From Pseudomonadota bacterium (GTDB lineage Bacteria; Bdellovibrionota; FAC87; UBA2466): DNA of 22,636 bases. The stretch covers positions 1-22,636 of the forward strand of contig JAYSWN010000159.1 in NCBI GenBank assembly GCA_043718025.1, read 5' to 3'. Below the pieces are notes generated by a model. That model was not told the origin of the DNA, did not search any database, and saw only the letters and a list, made by a program, of their open reading frames with translations. This document shows positions 1 to 7,526 of this stretch, in pieces; position 1 is the stretch's first letter, and every line of letters starts with the position of its first letter. A program made the position numbers and the translations under genes.

Positions 1-599
1 TCCTCTAAAGCCTTTAGCCCTTTTGAGTCTTCTCCCGGTTTCACCAGTTTTGAAATATCGGGAAAGGCCCCGGCAACCGCCGGGGGGGTGATCTTTGCCC
101 CCGACAAGGCACCAACCGTATTACTGGGGTCGTTAGGATTGTTGGGATTAGCCGGTGGATTTATCGGAGCGTCTTTTACCGGAAGTTTAGAGGCCACCAA
201 CTTAGCGGCGGTAACAAATTCAGTGGCGGGGTCCACGGTCACCGCGCCCAATTCGTCTCGGTAGAGTTTTTTTAGTTTCGTTTTTTGATCAGCGGTCAAA
301 AAGCCCGGAATGGTTTCCGCGGTTAAATCGATCATCTTATTGAACTCTTCGGAGGTGGCCTTGGGATTTTTCTCTAAGAGTAAGGCTATCCTTTCGAGCT
401 GGAATCGCGGAATCTCAAGCTCTTTTAGAGTTTGAATAAGTGCCTGCTGGCGAGTCACTAACTTGTCTTCGGGTTTCGCGGCGACAGCAGCTACGGTTTC
501 CTCGACGGCATGTTTCTCGTCAGCAAAAGAAGGCGCCGCAACCCAAAGCAGGGAGATCAAAAGAATCGCTATTGCTGATTGTAATCCTCGCAAACGCAC
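1..599 (-). CDS. Hypothetical exported protein, 3' end truncated by the window edge
   Basis: Translated by hand (not in ORF track). GTG at 599 with GGAG at 610-607; MRLRGLQSAIAILLISLLWVAAPSFA/DEKHAVEE resembles a Sec signal peptide. Frame stays open to base 1 and contains a PINPPANPNNPNDPSN linker. Confidence 0.8.
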   Translation of the reverse strand, partial: MRLRGLQSAIAILLISLLWVAAPSFADEKHAVEETVAAVAAKPEDKLVTRQQALIQTLKELEIPRFQLERIALLLEKNPKATSEEFNKMIDLTAETIPGFLTADQKTKLKKLYRDELGAVTVDPATEFVTAAKLVASKLPVKDAPINPPANPNNPNDPSNTVGALSGAKITPPAVAGAFPDISKLVKPGEDSKGLKALE

Positions 600-755
600 C
601 ACATCACTCCACGAAAAAACACCCTAAGACAGTGAGAGTGTGCAAAGCAGATGCCGCTGGGTTAGCTGGAGATCACTTCGAGAATACAGCCAACTCGCAG
701 AAACTGAGCGACAAAAAACGGCCCTCATCGGAGATCTGTTGATGGTTATTGGAAC

Positions 756-836
756 GGGGTGGCGCTTCCACCCGGGTGTGGTTCGGGCGGGCAGTGCAAG
801 GCCGGACGTCGGCGGCGTGCATAGTCGCTACTCCAC
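756..836 (+). repeat. 81-bp element, copy 1 (candidate structured RNA or REP-like unit)
   Basis: Ungapped 70/81 identity to the reverse complement of 1292-1372; can be folded into four stems. Confidence 0.85.
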
Positions 837-921
837 CCGCTTTCGGAGTTTTTTTGAAATTTTTCTTTCCGGAAGCAAAGCAAAAATAATCAGAGTCACT
901 TCAAAGCCAGAAAATTTCCGT

Positions 922-1109
922 AGAGGGTGTCTCAAAACCTTATGTAGAGCCGCGTTCCTGTCATTGCGTCTGCGTAGCAGGCGCGGCAACCTTTGGCCTG
1001 CTTGGTTTTGTCGACGTCCCTCTTCACTCATAGTGAAAGGGTTGCTTCAGCCGCACTGCGTGCGCCATAGACGCAATGACGGCGAAATACCACTTTTGAG
1101 ACACTCTCT
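922..1109. mobile_element. MITE-like element with 16-bp terminal inverted repeats
   Basis: AGAGGGTGTCTCAAAA (922-937) and TTTTGAGACACTCTCT (1094-1109) match at 15/16. No transposase and no clear target-site duplication. Confidence 0.5.
960..1080. repeat. GTCATTGCG...CGCAATGAC REP/RPE-like palindromic element
   Basis: Perfect 12-bp IR GTCATTGCGTCT/AGACGCAATGAC, inner GCAACC/GGTTGC, and apical TTCACT-CAT-AGTGAA. Same layout as the widespread GTCATTGCGAG..GCAATC..GATTGCTTCG..CGCAATGAC repeats. Confidence 0.7.
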
Positions 1110-1175
1110 CAGGAAATTTTCTGGCTTTGAAATGGCCCTGACTTTTTTTATCTTTTTTTTCCGGAAATAAAAATT

Positions 1176-1196
1176 AAAAAAAACCCGAGAACGGGT
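1176..1196 (-). terminator. Possible weak intrinsic terminator
   Basis: Minus strand ACCCG-TTCT-CGGG followed by T8; mirrored on + at about 831-855 (hairpin then T7). Stems are short. Confidence 0.3.
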
Positions 1197-1291
1197 GGGA
1201 CGCTTTTGATTTAGTTCGCTTGGCTAGCCATCGCTAAGTAGCATTAGCCCCGAAGTGAGGTTGTCGCCAATAAGACAAAAAGGCAAAGCTA

Positions 1292-1372
1292 GTGGAGTAG
1301 AGACGAGTCACGCTGCCAACGCCCGGCCTTGCACTGCCCGCCCGAATAACGCCCGGATGGAAGCGCCACCCC
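1292..1372 (-). repeat. 81-bp element, copy 2 (inverted)
   Basis: Reverse complement GGGGTGGCGCTTCCATCCGGGCGTTATTCGGGCGGGCAGTGCAAGGCCGGGCGTTGGCAGCGTGACTCGTCTCTACTCCAC matches 756-836. Confidence 0.85.
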
Positions 1373-1567
1373 ACCCCCACGAGCAGCGCGAGAGCAAAGA
1401 CGCCACGCCCCCCCCTTCCCCTATTCATCATAACGATTCGGGGCCCGGCTTGAATCTCTCGCCGTCATAAAGAGTCTAACGCAACGTCCCTAGGGGTCGT
1501 GCATGTTACGATTAACACTTGCGTATTCTCCTCTAAAAAAACCTGCAACTTGAAAGGTCTACCGGCT

Positions 1568-4558
1568 ATGGAGCTCTCGCTATTCTCCCGGATTCTCATT
1601 TATACGCTGCTCTTTCTATCCGGCGCCGCGGGCCTGATCTATCAAGTGGTCTGGCATCGGTACCTGGGTATCTTGTTGGGCGCTCAAGCCAAAGCTACCG
1701 CAATCATTCTTGCTATCTTCTTAGGGGGGATAAGCGCCGGCTATGCGGTGTTTGGACGTTGGTCGCGCACCAAAAAGTGGAATCTACTGTTTGCTTACGT
1801 TTTGGTAGAACTTGGTTTGGCGGCTTGGGCCATTCTCTTTCCCACTTTTTTTTCATTTAGTTTTTCCCGTATGAATTCGGTCTACGGATTTTTTGGAATT
1901 GAAAATCCTTTGGTAGATTTTGCCATGGCGATTCTTTTGTTAGGAATTCCCACCTTCCTCATGGGCGGAACACTGCCGCTGCTAACGCAAGGCTTGAGCC
2001 GAGACTTAAAAGAGGCAAGCCGCACCCATGCTTTGATCTACGGCTTCAACACTCTAGGGGCATGTCTGGGCTGTCTGCTTGCAGGTTACTTCTTGATTCC
2101 TCGCTTCGGTTTTGCCAAATCTTCGTTTACCGGGGGCGCAATTAACTTAGTGGTCGCCGGTCTCGCGTATTGGTTCTTTGCCCGCCACTCGTCGGCAAAC
2201 GAGGCGGCGGATCTTTCGCTACTAGACAAGAGAATTGAATCGAAAGAACCAGCGAACGACCGGCCTTCAGTTCGCGTGATGGGGCTTTGGGTTATCGGGT
2301 TGCTTTCAGGGTTTTACGTCATCACTCTCGAGACCGTTCTGATCCGACTTATGGGCCTATCCACAGGTTCATCGAATTACAACTTTACATTGATTGTGGC
2401 GATCTTCATTTTTGGATTGGGCATCGGCTCAATTTTGGTGAGGGGAATATCGGAGCTCAGACTAATTAACCTTCTAAGAAATCAGGTTTGGGTTAGTCTG
2501 CTGCTTGTCGCGGTTTATTTTAGCGGGGATTATTGGGCCTACGCGGGTCACGTGGTGCGATCGCTTTTAAGAGATCTTCCAGAAAATTTCTACGTTTATC
2601 AATCGCTGCTCGCCGTCTGCATATTTGCCCTGCTAACCGTACCTTTGGCCCTTGCCGGTTTCACGCTGCCACTCTGTTTCCACCTTGTGAAAGATGGAAA
2701 AGGGAATTTGGGAGAACGGGTAGGTCAGCTGTATTCCTTGAACACGATTGGCTGTGTTATGGGAGCTTTACTGGGTGGCCACGTTGCTCTCAACTTCTTC
2801 AACCTCGATGAGCTCTTTAAGATCTGCGTATTTGCGTGCGTTCTAACGGCGGCCATCTCAGCGTTTCTCTATATTAGAGAAGAAGGGCCGAACTGGGGAC
2901 CGATTGCAGTTCCGTGTGTAGGCCTCCTGGCGGCCTTTACGGTCATAGTTGCCGCTCCGCATTGGAATCGAGACAACTTCATTCAGCCATTCCGACAGGT
3001 GAGCCCAATTGATGATGTTACCTTTGCCGGCCCGGCTGAATTCTCCAAATACTTATCGCGTTCGACCAAATTGCTCTACTGGAAAGATGGCCCGAATACG
3101 TCTTTAGGAATTGGAACGGGCAAGCACGATGGAAAAGAAGTTTCGCGTACAGTTTTCGTGAACGGAAAGTCAGACGGAAATACTCGCGGTGATTACTTCA
3201 CAACGGTAATGCTGGCGCACATTCCCGCTTTACTCACCAAAAAAACTGAAAACACTCTGGTGATCGGTTTTGGAACCGGAGTTACGGTGGGAACGCTCAC
3301 CCAGTATCCCGAGGTGAAGCGAGTCGATGTAGCCGAAATATCAAATTTTACGATAAAAAAGGCAGACTACTTTGATTCCTACAACAACCGGGCGTCGGTT
3401 GATCCAAAAGTTAAATTCCACGAGATGGATGCTTTCCGTCTGTTGCAAGGCTCCAAATCCGACTACGACATTATCGTTAGTGAGCCAAGCAATCCTTGGG
3501 TGGTCGGTATCGAAAATCTCTACAGCGATGAGTTCTATGAGATTGTTCTTAACCGTTTGAGCCCTAATGGTACTTTTGTACAATGGATTCACACTTATTC
3601 ATTCAATGATGATCTATTCCGGATGGTGATGGCGACTATCACCAAACGCTTTAATTACGTCTCCGTATTTCAGCTGAAGGGGGGAGACCTGGCGGTAGTG
3701 TGCCGACGAGAGGGGTTTGGCGATGAGGAAATTAAAACCGCCGCCGATCGTTTCTTTGCAGTTGAGTGGGTTCGAAAAAATCTGCTCGAGGCTGGGATAG
3801 ACCGCTTAGATGGCGTCTTTGCTCTGGAGGTAGCGCCCCATCCCTTGCCTCGAATCATGGGGCATGGCCAGCCGATTCATACTCTGACCAACCCTCTTCT
3901 GAGCAACGGCGCGGCTAAGGCTTTTTTCACCGGAAGCACTTCGCGAATTCAGACGCTTCGCCGGCGGTATAAAGAGTATTTGGGGTTGTTGGATCAGACC
4001 CTGCTTTCGCGTTGGCTGGGTCGTAAGCCAATATCCAGTGACGCCGCCACCTCATTTAGACTCAGCTTCTGCGATCTCTACGTTTCTAAAACTAATTTCT
4101 TATGTGAAGAAGTATTGGCGATGAACAAGCTACTCGATAAAAATTTTATCAGTGGGGCGATTTACGATGATGTGGTTTCTAGTCGAGATATTGCCGGCCT
4201 TTCCGCTTTTCACGATATGCCCAAAGCGGTTTTTGATGAGAAAGAGCTGCATCGCCTTTTTAACATGTACGACATGTACAAGAAGGTCGCGTCACCGATC
4301 GTAAGGGTTCCCCTGCAAACCTTCATTGCGCCACTGGAACGCTGCTTAGCTCAAGAGAAGAAGAAGGGCAGTGGATTGTACGGAGAGTGCTTACTTCAAA
4401 AACTTCTGGTTCTCGAAAACTTGGTTCCCGAGGATCAGGAGATCAGAAATGCCGTTCTTGGTTACCAAACTTGGTTTGCAACTTTTCCAAAAGGCTCAGA
4501 AAACTATGCGAAGTTCGACGAGGCCAATACCATCCTGAAACATCTACAAACGGAATAA
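1568..4558 (+). CDS. Fused multi-pass membrane (MFS-like) / spermidine-synthase-like SAM-dependent transferase domain protein
   Basis: Two homologous TM bundles (LSGAAGLIYQVVW...YGFNTLG and LSGFYVITLETVL...YSLNTIG), then FVNGKSDG, LVIGFGTGVT, DVAEI, DAF and DIIVSEPSNPW motifs. ATG 1568 preferred (AAAGGT upstream) over the ORF-track start 1499. Confidence 0.85.
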   Translation: MELSLFSRILIYTLLFLSGAAGLIYQVVWHRYLGILLGAQAKATAIILAIFLGGISAGYAVFGRWSRTKKWNLLFAYVLVELGLAAWAILFPTFFSFSFSRMNSVYGFFGIENPLVDFAMAILLLGIPTFLMGGTLPLLTQGLSRDLKEASRTHALIYGFNTLGACLGCLLAGYFLIPRFGFAKSSFTGGAINLVVAGLAYWFFARHSSANEAADLSLLDKRIESKEPANDRPSVRVMGLWVIGLLSGFYVITLETVLIRLMGLSTGSSNYNFTLIVAIFIFGLGIGSILVRGISELRLINLLRNQVWVSLLLVAVYFSGDYWAYAGHVVRSLLRDLPENFYVYQSLLAVCIFALLTVPLALAGFTLPLCFHLVKDGKGNLGERVGQLYSLNTIGCVMGALLGGHVALNFFNLDELFKICVFACVLTAAISAFLYIREEGPNWGPIAVPCVGLLAAFTVIVAAPHWNRDNFIQPFRQVSPIDDVTFAGPAEFSKYLSRSTKLLYWKDGPNTSLGIGTGKHDGKEVSRTVFVNGKSDGNTRGDYFTTVMLAHIPALLTKKTENTLVIGFGTGVTVGTLTQYPEVKRVDVAEISNFTIKKADYFDSYNNRASVDPKVKFHEMDAFRLLQGSKSDYDIIVSEPSNPWVVGIENLYSDEFYEIVLNRLSPNGTFVQWIHTYSFNDDLFRMVMATITKRFNYVSVFQLKGGDLAVVCRREGFGDEEIKTAADRFFAVEWVRKNLLEAGIDRLDGVFALEVAPHPLPRIMGHGQPIHTLTNPLLSNGAAKAFFTGSTSRIQTLRRRYKEYLGLLDQTLLSRWLGRKPISSDAATSFRLSFCDLYVSKTNFLCEEVLAMNKLLDKNFISGAIYDDVVSSRDIAGLSAFHDMPKAVFDEKELHRLFNMYDMYKKVASPIVRVPLQTFIAPLERCLAQEKKKGSGLYGECLLQKLLVLENLVPEDQEIRNAVLGYQTWFATFPKGSENYAKFDEANTILKHLQTE

Positions 4559-4595
4559 GTTCATCGCCATGCGCGTCTGTCTTGTAGGTGCATTC

Positions 4596-4955
4596 TTAGT
4601 TGGTGGCCAATTCTAACGGGGCCGCCGAAATAAAGGCGTGTCCGCCGCCGCTTCGAAATACCGTGAATTCTACGAAAACCGTTCGCTCGTTATTTTTAAC
4701 TTTGTCCAAAAAAGCGTAGCGATAAAGGCCGCGCAAAAAGCCGCACGATCCATTCACCGCAATTTTTCGGCGGCTCCTTTGCACTCCGCAGTTCTCTTGC
4801 TCCAATATATCTAGCGCCTCTTTTATCGGGGGCATTTTCTGATCCGGCAGGGCCAAAATAGTGCCTTGCTGAAATACCACCTGGGGCGCCGCGTCGCAGC
4901 GTGTCCAGTTGAGGAATAAGCCAAGGGTTAAAAGCGGGAAAAGTAACCAGCGCAT
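4596..4955 (-). CDS. Hypothetical small exported protein
   Basis: 119 aa; ATG; signal-like MRWLLFPLLTLGLFLNWTRCDA; 32 bp downstream of the transglycosylase gene on the same strand. Confidence 0.7.
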   Translation of the reverse strand: MRWLLFPLLTLGLFLNWTRCDAAPQVVFQQGTILALPDQKMPPIKEALDILEQENCGVQRSRRKIAVNGSCGFLRGLYRYAFLDKVKNNERTVFVEFTVFRSGGGHAFISAAPLELATN

Positions 4956-4987
4956 GCCCGGAGGCTATCTGGTAAAGGGTTTTGAGA

Positions 4988-6739
4988 CTAGTTGTTTTCG
5001 CGAAGCACGGGCTTTTCGTCGGGGGAGGTAGCCAGTTTAACCCAGCGCTTTGAGTCCCATTTGAGGTCGTTTCGGTGGATGCGTCGATACCAATAGTAGT
5101 TACGCAGCACCGAGGCCACGTATTCACGGGTTTCGCGGAAGGGAATCATGTCGATGAAGAGGATGGGGTCGGTAACGGGATAGCGTTGAGTCCAGGCCGA
5201 TACTTTGTGCGGCCCGGCATTATAGCCTGCCAAAGCGAGATGGATGTTTCCATTTGTTTTTTGTAAGAGCTGAGTGAGGTACTTCGCGCCAATTTCTACG
5301 TTCACTTCTGGGTCTAAGAGGTTTACGTCACCGGCAATTTTACGGGCGGTGGCCGGCATGATCTGTAATAACCCGCGGGCCTTGGCGCCCGACACCGCAT
5401 TAACCCGAAAGGCGCTTTCACGTCTGGCCACGGCGATCAAAAGGTAGGGGTCGATCATCGCCGACTGCTTGTCGAACACTGGAAAAAGAACTTTCGGAAA
5501 GTACTGCTCAAGGGTTTCGCGAGAGACGAGCGCGGGATTGTTGTAGAGCACGTCAGTCAAAATTGAAATTTTGCCGTGATGATCCCCATGTCCCTCTTTT
5601 AGCTCGGCCAGGTAAACCATCACCTCAGGTTCCACGCCCTGTGAAGCTTTTAAAGACCACTCGAGAAGCTTCGCGCTGGCGGCGGCCAAACCAAATCGAT
5701 TAGCCCATTCTTGGGCTTCCAACAGGTGATTTAGGGAAGGGGTGTTTTGTGATCGGGTAAATATGGGGGAGATATCGCGGTCGAGTATGGTTCCCGGATC
5801 TTTTCCCATCGCGGTTAACGCCACCAAAGTGTGAAATGAGAATGGGTAGCGGGCCTGTAGCGTAGCGAGAGTCTTCTTGGCTTCTTTCTCTCTCTTCAGT
5901 TGCATTTGGCTGCGGTAGAGCCAATAGAGCGGACGCGAGGTGAAGGCATCTTTAATTTCGGATGCTCTGACAAAAATCTGGGCGGCCCGCTTTACATTGC
6001 CTTTGGCGTAAAAAAATAGGCCCGCGCGGGTTACTAAACTCTCACGATCGCTCGGGCTATTCACCAAGCAGTCGCCGCCTTTAAAATAGAGTTCTCCGAT
6101 TTCATCAAGGGGCACGCCCTCAACGATTTGGTCCTCAAGCGTCGCCGCTAGGGCGATAGCAATATTGTTCGGGCAGCGTTGTTCTTCCTTCGCCAATTTC
6201 CGCAATTTATCGGTGTCAGAAGGGCGCGTAGCATACATCCCGCGAATCAGTGGGCTCAGTGAACCAAATCTTAATTCAAGCCAGTTAGTTACTTTACGGC
6301 GCTGAAGGCGTGGTCGAATAGTGCCCTTGTGACCCAGCATATTGGACGCCGGGCGGCCTAAAGTGCGCGTCTTTTCACTGAGCTCTTCGTGGTTTAAAAA
6401 TGGGTAGCAGAATGGGTTTTCATTCTGATCGACGTGACAGCTGCGCTCCATTTCAGACACGTCATCGGCACTCATCTGCCGTGAAAGCCAGCGGTCAAAT
6501 GCTTTAGCCTGTTCCTGGCGCCGTTGGGCCAGTTTATCTGCGTCGTCTTTCTGTTTAGCGATCTCTGCGCCAATCGGGTTATCGAGCGAAGGCGCCTCTT
6601 CGCTTTTACTCGTGTCTTTAAGTGGGGCGTTCTCGGCTCCGGAGGCAGGCGACGGGGGAGAGTAAAAACTAAAGACCGCGCAGGCAATAGCCGTAATTCT
6701 CCAATTAAATAGATAGGTTGTCAGAGGTCCTCGAAGCAA
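4988..6739 (-). CDS. Soluble lytic murein transglycosylase (Slt70-like; helical/TPR-like region plus C-terminal SLT domain)
   Basis: SLT motifs ARRESAF (catalytic Glu), ARGLLQIMPATA, AGYNAGP and IPFRETREYV; signal-like N-terminus. The TTG start is uncertain. Confidence 0.9.
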   Translation of the reverse strand: MLRGPLTTYLFNWRITAIACAVFSFYSPPSPASGAENAPLKDTSKSEEAPSLDNPIGAEIAKQKDDADKLAQRRQEQAKAFDRWLSRQMSADDVSEMERSCHVDQNENPFCYPFLNHEELSEKTRTLGRPASNMLGHKGTIRPRLQRRKVTNWLELRFGSLSPLIRGMYATRPSDTDKLRKLAKEEQRCPNNIAIALAATLEDQIVEGVPLDEIGELYFKGGDCLVNSPSDRESLVTRAGLFFYAKGNVKRAAQIFVRASEIKDAFTSRPLYWLYRSQMQLKREKEAKKTLATLQARYPFSFHTLVALTAMGKDPGTILDRDISPIFTRSQNTPSLNHLLEAQEWANRFGLAAASAKLLEWSLKASQGVEPEVMVYLAELKEGHGDHHGKISILTDVLYNNPALVSRETLEQYFPKVLFPVFDKQSAMIDPYLLIAVARRESAFRVNAVSGAKARGLLQIMPATARKIAGDVNLLDPEVNVEIGAKYLTQLLQKTNGNIHLALAGYNAGPHKVSAWTQRYPVTDPILFIDMIPFRETREYVASVLRNYYWYRRIHRNDLKWDSKRWVKLATSPDEKPVLRENN

Positions 6740-6799
6740 CGATCCACCTTACTCTTAGCCCTGCGTTTCAGAACGTATTCAGTTTTTCGGTATCTTAAT

Positions 6800-6805
6800 A
6801 TTATA
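6800..6805 (-). promoter_or_regulatory. Possible sigma70 -10 box for the transglycosylase gene
   Basis: Exact TATAAT about 60 bp upstream of the start in an AT-rich gap; no correctly spaced -35. Confidence 0.25.
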
Positions 6806-6959
6806 CTTCGGCAACTCGCAAAAATTATGAAGCACGCGGCATTTTTGGTACTAAACGCCGCTTCTCTAATAAAAACACACAAATTCCATAGGTTAGAGTG
6901 AAGCCGTTTAGTTTGATTCTTTGGTTCGGGAAAATGGGGCCATAGCTGCGGTTTCCCCC

Positions 6960-7496
6960 CTATGGCTGAGACTTAGTGGGGCTTTCCTGAGGTGCCACCG
7001 CTGTGGGCGCGGCCGCGGTGCCGGATGCCGGGGAAGCTGTCTGCGAAAGTTGTTCTTGGAGCTGAGTTTCTTTCTTACTTAGGTCTGTCACCAGCCCTTC
7101 GTACCGGTTCTTTCGCTCGGTCCACGAAGTTCTTTCATTCTGCAGGGGTATAAACCTCGAGCGAATTTCAATGATCTGGCGTTCAACTTCGCCATCCAGC
7201 TTCCCGGCTTGAAACAAGAAGCTCTGTCTAGATTTGCCCTTCTCATTGTTGGCATTCGCTTTTAGCTGCTCCTGAATATCGGCTTTTAGCTGGACGTGTT
7301 CCGATTCCAAACGTTTCAATTTTTCAAATTCAGTTTCGACAGTTTGGAGATTCTGATCCGAGGTTTTTAGGTTGGTTTTGCTATCAAGTAGGGCGCTTTG
7401 AACCGACGCTAGCTGGTGAAGCAAGGCTTCGCGGTTAACGGTGTTGGCAAAGCCGGTATGAGTGGCGTTAAGCAAAATAAGGAGAAAAAGTCTCAT
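6960..7496 (-). CDS. Hypothetical exported coiled-coil protein
   Basis: Signal-like MRLFLLILLNATHTGFA; heptad-rich L/Q/E/K body; Ala/Pro/Thr-rich tail. Confidence 0.75.
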   Translation of the reverse strand: MRLFLLILLNATHTGFANTVNREALLHQLASVQSALLDSKTNLKTSDQNLQTVETEFEKLKRLESEHVQLKADIQEQLKANANNEKGKSRQSFLFQAGKLDGEVERQIIEIRSRFIPLQNERTSWTERKNRYEGLVTDLSKKETQLQEQLSQTASPASGTAAAPTAVAPQESPTKSQP

Positions 7497-7526
7497 CCGC
7501 TAATTTTACCACGGGTTTAGCGTTGC

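Larger units (their letters stand above)
833..1198. repeat. Long imperfect palindrome with 87-bp arms (833-919 and 1112-1198)
   Basis: Inner 29 bp match at 26/29 (CAGAGTCACTTCAAAGCCAGAAAATTTCC); similarity continues outward through TTTCCGGAA, the T/A runs and CCACCCG. Confidence 0.85.

Noticed and set aside
756..838. Canonical tRNA or tmRNA gene
   Set aside because: No D-loop or T-loop consensus at the right positions, no U33, no CCA, and far too short for tmRNA; kept only as a tRNA-like hypothesis.
1180..1260. c-di-GMP-I (GEMM) riboswitch resemblance (AAACCC...GGGACGC)
   Set aside because: Lacks GGCAAA, the GNRA loop and GCAAAG; the sequence is explained as the palindrome arm.
1345..1366. 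FMN riboswitch 3' motif (CCGGATGGAAG)
   Set aside because: The conserved 5' and central FMN motifs are absent.
750..1380. CRISPR array or integron attC array
   Set aside because: Repeats are inverted and nested, not regularly spaced direct repeats; no cas or integrase gene in the window.
1408..1421. C-run (and the G7 at 82-88) as phase-variation tracts
   Set aside because: Short runs; the CDS containing G7 is in frame and the C-run has no demonstrable promoter context.
440..1470. ORFs 440-742, 640-1170, 828-1031 and 1255-1470 as genes
   Set aside because: They overlap the real minus-strand gene or run through palindromic repeats; repeated peptides such as LRKFSGFE simply mirror the inverted repeats.
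4559..4595. Bidirectional terminator between convergent genes
   Set aside because: Only a weak ATGCGC/GTGCAT stem and no U-tract on either strand.
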